From positions 1 to 21,690 of the forward strand of contig JANPJS010000250.1 of the NCBI GenBank assembly GCA_031425655.1: 21,690 bases of DNA, in the 5' to 3' direction. The stretch is from Abditibacteriaceae bacterium. GTDB lineage: Bacteria > Armatimonadota > Abditibacteriia > Abditibacteriales > Abditibacteriaceae. Positions 17,625 through 21,690 of this stretch are shown here, piece after piece. The stretch's first letter is position 1. The number at the start of each line of letters is the position of its first letter. Both the position numbers and the translations under genes were made by a program. The notes beneath the pieces are model-generated. The model did no database searches and was not told the DNA's origin. It saw only the letters and a program-made list of their open reading frames with translations.

Positions 17625-18296
17625 ATGAAAAACCTGTGCCTACTCGCTGTTTTGATGGCCTTTTGCGCCTTGGGTTCGCCTGTGTCGGCCCAAAAGAAAA
17701 CGCAACCCAAGAAAACGCAAGAAACGGCACTTGAACGCGAAGCCGCGCGAACACTTTGGAATCGCATCAAAAACTCTCCACGAATTCGTAAGAGCGAAGG
17801 GCATTGGTTCGTCTTAGATACTTGGTTGGAAGAATACCCATATAACAATCGTGCTCATATAGCGATTTTTCAAATCAAAGCTCGCAGCAACTCAGAGGGT
17901 TTGCCCGTGTTGGCCTATGACCGTGCAAAACTTAGTAGGGCATATCTAAGCGAAAATGGGTTACTTTCAGGCGACCCCATTAGCAGAGCAGACCGATTAA
18001 ATGGGATTCAGTGGCAAGGCATAATCGGTTTTGGTGTAGACACTTATCGCATTTGGGAATGGAATAAGGAAAAGCAAAAGTGGACTTGGGCTGAATGGCA
18101 CGACAACGACACCGCTGGCAGCGACGCGGGATTCAACTTAGTGGGTGAGAAGAAAAAGGATAAGTGGGACTTCTTGTTCGATCGCAATGGGAAAGACAAG
18201 AACGTGGTAGATCATCTTGTCAAGTCCCGTTTTTCAGATCAAGAAATTAAAGCCACGCAGCACTTGGACGCAGCTATTGCAGCATCTAAGAAATGA
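17625..18296 (+). CDS. secreted hypothetical protein (223 aa), AT-richer, Trp/Lys-rich
   Basis: GGAGG RBS at 17614-17618. Signal peptide MKNLCLLAVLMAFCALGSPVSA-Q. Followed immediately by a terminator. Confidence 0.75.
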   Translation: MKNLCLLAVLMAFCALGSPVSAQKKTQPKKTQETALEREAARTLWNRIKNSPRIRKSEGHWFVLDTWLEEYPYNNRAHIAIFQIKARSNSEGLPVLAYDRAKLSRAYLSENGLLSGDPISRADRLNGIQWQGIIGFGVDTYRIWEWNKEKQKWTWAEWHDNDTAGSDAGFNLVGEKKKDKWDFLFDRNGKDKNVVDHLVKSRFSDQEIKATQHLDAAIAASKK

Positions 18297-18297
18297 C

Positions 18298-18333
18298 AGA
18301 AAAGCCACGAAGATTTTCCTTTGTGGCTTTTCT
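18298..18333 (+). terminator. intrinsic terminator of the inserted gene
   Basis: AGAAAAGCCACGAAG-ATTTTC-CTTTGTGGCTTTTCT hairpin beginning 2 nt after the stop codon. Confidence 0.8.
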
Positions 18334-18479
18334 GCTATTTCGCGGCTATTCAGTCTGTTTGCGTGAATTTCGCATCTTCGGCTTGAGTGGGAATGGATAG
18401 CGACTTGCCTTGCGCGCTGGCTTTTCCGGCAATTTCGAGACTGGTTCAACAGTCGCTTGGCAAGTGTGAAATATGGCCT

Positions 18480-18979
18480 CAAGAAAGCCCAATTGCCGCA
18501 CGCAAGCCTCACGATTTGCGCGGGCGACGGCAACAAAAACAACAACTCGCGCTACAATCGCAACTCGGTGCCGCTGAATTACGCTCCGGCGCGACGCCAC
18601 AGCAGCGGCGCCAACTACGCTTTCGCCGACGATTTTATCCGAGTTTCCGCGTGAGAATCCCACGGCGCACGAGGAGCTTTTTGACCCGGTCGCGTTGCTT
18701 TTTCGCGCCCACGACTTGGACGAAGCTATTGCACTCGCCAACGACAGCGAGTTTGGGCTGGGCAGCGCCGTGTGGACAAGCGATGAACACGAAATCGCCC
18801 GTTGCGTTGATGAAATCGAAGCCGGGCAGGTATTTATCAACGGCATGGTGGCTTCGGATGCAAGTTTGCCGTTCGGCGGCATTAAAAAATCGGGTTATGG
18901 ACGCGAATTGGGCGAAGCCGGCATCCGCGAATTTGTCAATGTGAAAACCGTAGTTGTGCATGGGCCAGCGCCTAAATGA
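18480..18979 (+). pseudogene. C-terminal fragment of the same aldehyde dehydrogenase, frameshifted at its 5' side
   Basis: In frame from ~18626: [74 protein letters not shown]. Degenerate remnants lie in other frames upstream. The canonical EEXFGP reads EELFDP. Confidence 0.85.
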
Positions 18980-19019
18980 AAACTGTAAAATTTGACGAGG
19001 ACAGATTCGAGAAATAACC

Positions 19020-21458
19020 ATGAACCAGCAAGCCAAATCCAAAGCAAATCTCACTGCACTTTCAATTTTAGCCGGTCTTTTCGCGGCGCCTTTGGCCGCG
19101 CAGGGCGCGCCGCAGGCCGTGTCGGGCATTTATCCGCAACTGGCGATGTTCAACAGCGAAGGCGAATGCGGAACCGGCGCGGTTGTGCCGTGGGCCGGGC
19201 GCCTGTGGGTGGTGACTTATGCGCCGCATATGCCCAAAGGCTCGTCGGACAAGCTTTACGAAATCACGCCCGACTTGAAGCAAATCATTCGGCCCGAAAG
19301 CATCGGCGGCACACCGGCCAATCGCATGATTCACCGCGAGTCGAATCAGCTTTTCATCGGGCCGTATGCCATTGACGGGCAGGGAAGTGTGCGCACGATT
19401 CCGTATTCGCAAATGTTCGGGCGCCCGACCGGTAACGCGCGCCATCTTTTCGATCCGGCGAACAAAATTTACTACGCCACGATGGAAGAAGGGATTTATG
19501 AAGTAGACGTGAAAACCCTTGCCGTCAAGGAATTATGGGCCGACGAAGCTTTGAAAGCTGGACGCCACGCCAATTTTCCGGGTTATCATGGCAAAGGCTT
19601 TTATTCCGGGCAGAATCGCCTCGTTTACTCCAACAACGGCGACCACGCGCCCGCCGCGCTCTCGAACCCGGCAACGCCGTCCGGCGTGCTGGCCGAATGG
19701 GACGGCAAGGCCGATAAATGGAGCCTGGTGCGGCGCAATCAGTTCACCGAAGTGACCGGCCCCGGCGGCATTTACGGCAATGAAAACCCGGCAACCGATC
19801 CGATCTGGACTATCGGCTGGGATCAACGCTCGCTAATTTTGCAGGTGCTCGACAAAGGGAATTGGCACACTTTTCGATTGCCCAAAGGCTCGCATTCTTA
19901 CGACGGCGCGCACGGCTGGAACACGGAATGGCCGCGCATCCGCGAAATCGGCGACAACGAAATGCTTATGACCATGCACGGCACGTTCTGGCGCTTTCCC
20001 AAGACTTTTTCGGCGGCCAATTCTGCCGGATTGGTGCCGCGCTCGAATTATCTGAAAGTCATCGGCGACTTTGCGCGCTGGAACGACAAAGTGGTTTTCG
20101 GCTGCGACGACACGGCGAAAAATGAATTTCTCAACAAGCGCGCGGCCAAAGGCAACATCGCCGGGCCGGGCCGCTCGCAATCGAATCTGTGGTTCGTCGA
20201 GCCGAAGCAAATTGATGATCTCGGCCCGGCCATCGGACGCGGCGGCGTGTGGGTCAACGATGCCGTCAAAGCCGGCGCGCCCAGCGATGCCTTTTTGTTC
20301 AGCAGCTACGATTTCCGCACGCTGCATTTGGCGCATGACAACGCGCAACCTGTGACTTTCAGCATCGAAGTGGACAAGCAGGGCAACAATCAGTGGATAA
20401 AATTGCGCGACGTGACCGTTCCGGCAAAAGGCTACGCTTGGACGGAGTTTTCTGCCGCCGAAAGCGGAATCTGGGTTCGCATCACGCCCAGCCGCGACTG
20501 CGCCAAAATTACGGCCTTTTTCCATTATCGCAACGCCGATAAGCGCGCGAACGAGGCCGCACCGTTGTTTAATGGCCTGGCGAAAGCGGGCGACAACAAC
20601 GTCACCGGAGGCTTGCTCGCAGCTCGCGGCGACGACTTCAAAACGCTGCGTTTCATCGCGTCCGATGCCAAAAGCGAACTTGGCGTTTACGATCTCGACG
20701 CCGATTTGAAATTGAATAAAGCCGACGACCCGAATGGCTTGATCTGGACGAAAAAGAACTTTGCCATTCCGCAAAACGTGCTGAGCATGGACGCCGCTTC
20801 GGTGCTTTACGTGGACGGCAAAGGCCGCTGGCGTTTGCCCAAAAGCGACGCTGCTTTTGATGCTGCGGGCGTGCTTGGCGACGAGCGCATTGACCGCGAA
20901 GTCTGCACCGAGCGCGATTTGTTCAACGCGCACGGCACTTTTTATGAATTGCCCGCCGAAAATGCCGGCGGCTTCTCCAAAATTCGGCCTGTCACCACGC
21001 ATAATCGCCGGATTAAAGATTACGCCAGTTATCGCGGCCTGCTGGTGCTTTCCGGCCTCGAAAAGGACGCGCGCGGCGAACATATTATGCGCTCGGCGGA
21101 CGGCCAGTGTGCGCTGTGGGCCGGCGCCGTGGACGATCTGTGGAAATTAGGCAAAGCGCGCGGTGTGGGCGGGCCGTGGAAAAATACGACCGTCAAAGCC
21201 AACGTGCCCAGCGACCCGTATTTGATGACCGGCTACGACAAAAAGCGCGTGGCGCTGTCGCACAATGCGCGGGCATCGGTAAAAATGCGCGTCGAAGTTG
21301 ACCTGACCGGCAATGGCGATTGGGCGGTTTATCAAGACTTTCACGTCGCGCCGGGCCAAACGTTGGAACACGTTTTTCCTCAAGCCTTCAGCGCTTATTG
21401 GGTGCGTCTCGTCGCGGATACCGACACGAACGCGACGGCGATTTTTACTTATGAGTGA
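19020..21458 (+). CDS. large secreted protein of unknown function with internal duplication
   Basis: 812-aa ORF with host-like codon usage, signal peptide (..APLAA-Q), beta-rich and aromatic-rich sequence, and two homologous modules. Confidence 0.85.
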   Translation: MNQQAKSKANLTALSILAGLFAAPLAAQGAPQAVSGIYPQLAMFNSEGECGTGAVVPWAGRLWVVTYAPHMPKGSSDKLYEITPDLKQIIRPESIGGTPANRMIHRESNQLFIGPYAIDGQGSVRTIPYSQMFGRPTGNARHLFDPANKIYYATMEEGIYEVDVKTLAVKELWADEALKAGRHANFPGYHGKGFYSGQNRLVYSNNGDHAPAALSNPATPSGVLAEWDGKADKWSLVRRNQFTEVTGPGGIYGNENPATDPIWTIGWDQRSLILQVLDKGNWHTFRLPKGSHSYDGAHGWNTEWPRIREIGDNEMLMTMHGTFWRFPKTFSAANSAGLVPRSNYLKVIGDFARWNDKVVFGCDDTAKNEFLNKRAAKGNIAGPGRSQSNLWFVEPKQIDDLGPAIGRGGVWVNDAVKAGAPSDAFLFSSYDFRTLHLAHDNAQPVTFSIEVDKQGNNQWIKLRDVTVPAKGYAWTEFSAAESGIWVRITPSRDCAKITAFFHYRNADKRANEAAPLFNGLAKAGDNNVTGGLLAARGDDFKTLRFIASDAKSELGVYDLDADLKLNKADDPNGLIWTKKNFAIPQNVLSMDAASVLYVDGKGRWRLPKSDAAFDAAGVLGDERIDREVCTERDLFNAHGTFYELPAENAGGFSKIRPVTTHNRRIKDYASYRGLLVLSGLEKDARGEHIMRSADGQCALWAGAVDDLWKLGKARGVGGPWKNTTVKANVPSDPYLMTGYDKKRVALSHNARASVKMRVEVDLTGNGDWAVYQDFHVAPGQTLEHVFPQAFSAYWVRLVADTDTNATAIFTYE

Positions 21459-21576
21459 ACTACGACGGTCGAGGATTGGTATTGTCTTGAACACCAAGCG
21501 CCTCGCTTGCAAAGCGTTCTCGAAGCCGCTGCGTTGTAGTTTCTATCTTATGTTACGTAATAGGATGTGATAAGCG

Positions 21577-21597
21577 AAAAGAGCGGCTTCGCCGCTC
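21577..21597 (-). terminator. GC-rich hairpin with T tail on - strand
   Basis: The reverse complement reads GAGCGGC-GAA-GCCGCTC-TTTT. Confidence 0.45.
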
Positions 21598-21603
21598 GTG
21601 AAA

Positions 21604-21631
21604 ACCCCCCAACCCCCTTAGTAAGGGGGCT
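21604..21631. repeat. REP-like palindromic element ACCCCCCAACCCCCTTAGTAAGGGGGCT
   Basis: CCCCCTTA-G-TAAGGGGG palindrome preceded by a C-rich leader, the same architecture as the reverse complement of 1-32. Confidence 0.55.
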
Positions 21632-21690
21632 AAACCAAGACATTTCTCCCGTGGAATTAGGTTATTCTTGGTCAAAAGCCTCAGAGTTTA

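Noticed and set aside
18387..18944. 185-aa plus-strand ORF (and 18346-18882 on minus)
   Set aside because: Alternative frames over the decayed dehydrogenase fragment, not independent genes.
17392..18979. Intron, intein or programmed-excision explanation for the split dehydrogenase
   Set aside because: The central catalytic part is missing, the 3' piece is frameshifted with a G-to-D change in EEXFGP, and no splicing or recombinase signatures are visible.
19833..21083. 416-aa minus-strand ORF
   Set aside because: Antisense to the 812-aa gene, with typical shadow-frame composition and no motifs.

Overview
GC-rich bacterial chromosomal window of mainly metabolic and secreted-protein genes. In order: a structured non-coding segment (~91-327), a PhyH-type dioxygenase (-), then a tightly packed + run of four exported proteins (carboxypeptidase-regulatory-like repeat protein, WD40 lipoprotein, GH27/36-clan alpha-galactosidase-like enzyme, GH95 alpha-L-fucosidase with an inserted discoidin-like domain) and a lone receiver protein. 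Next come a gnd-kdgK-like pair (-), an aldo/keto reductase, a small membrane protein, and an atypical SDR divergent from a CarH/LitR-type B12-binding MerR regulator. Downstream are an ABM monooxygenase, a succinate-semialdehyde dehydrogenase pseudogene split by an AT-richer secreted-protein gene, and an 812-aa uncharacterised secreted protein with an internal duplication. The intergenic DNA is rich in palindromic elements. Two different MITE-like shells (one with a clean 10-bp target-site duplication) each enclose a related GTCATTCYGAGC REP-like hairpin. I see no CRISPR array, rRNA, tRNA or transposase. No clearly new multi-gene system is provable from sequence alone. The best leads are the nested MITE/REP elements, the carotenoid-free CarH-like locus, the candidate ncRNA and the duplicated 812-aa protein. 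All family calls come from motif recognition by eye, not database searches.
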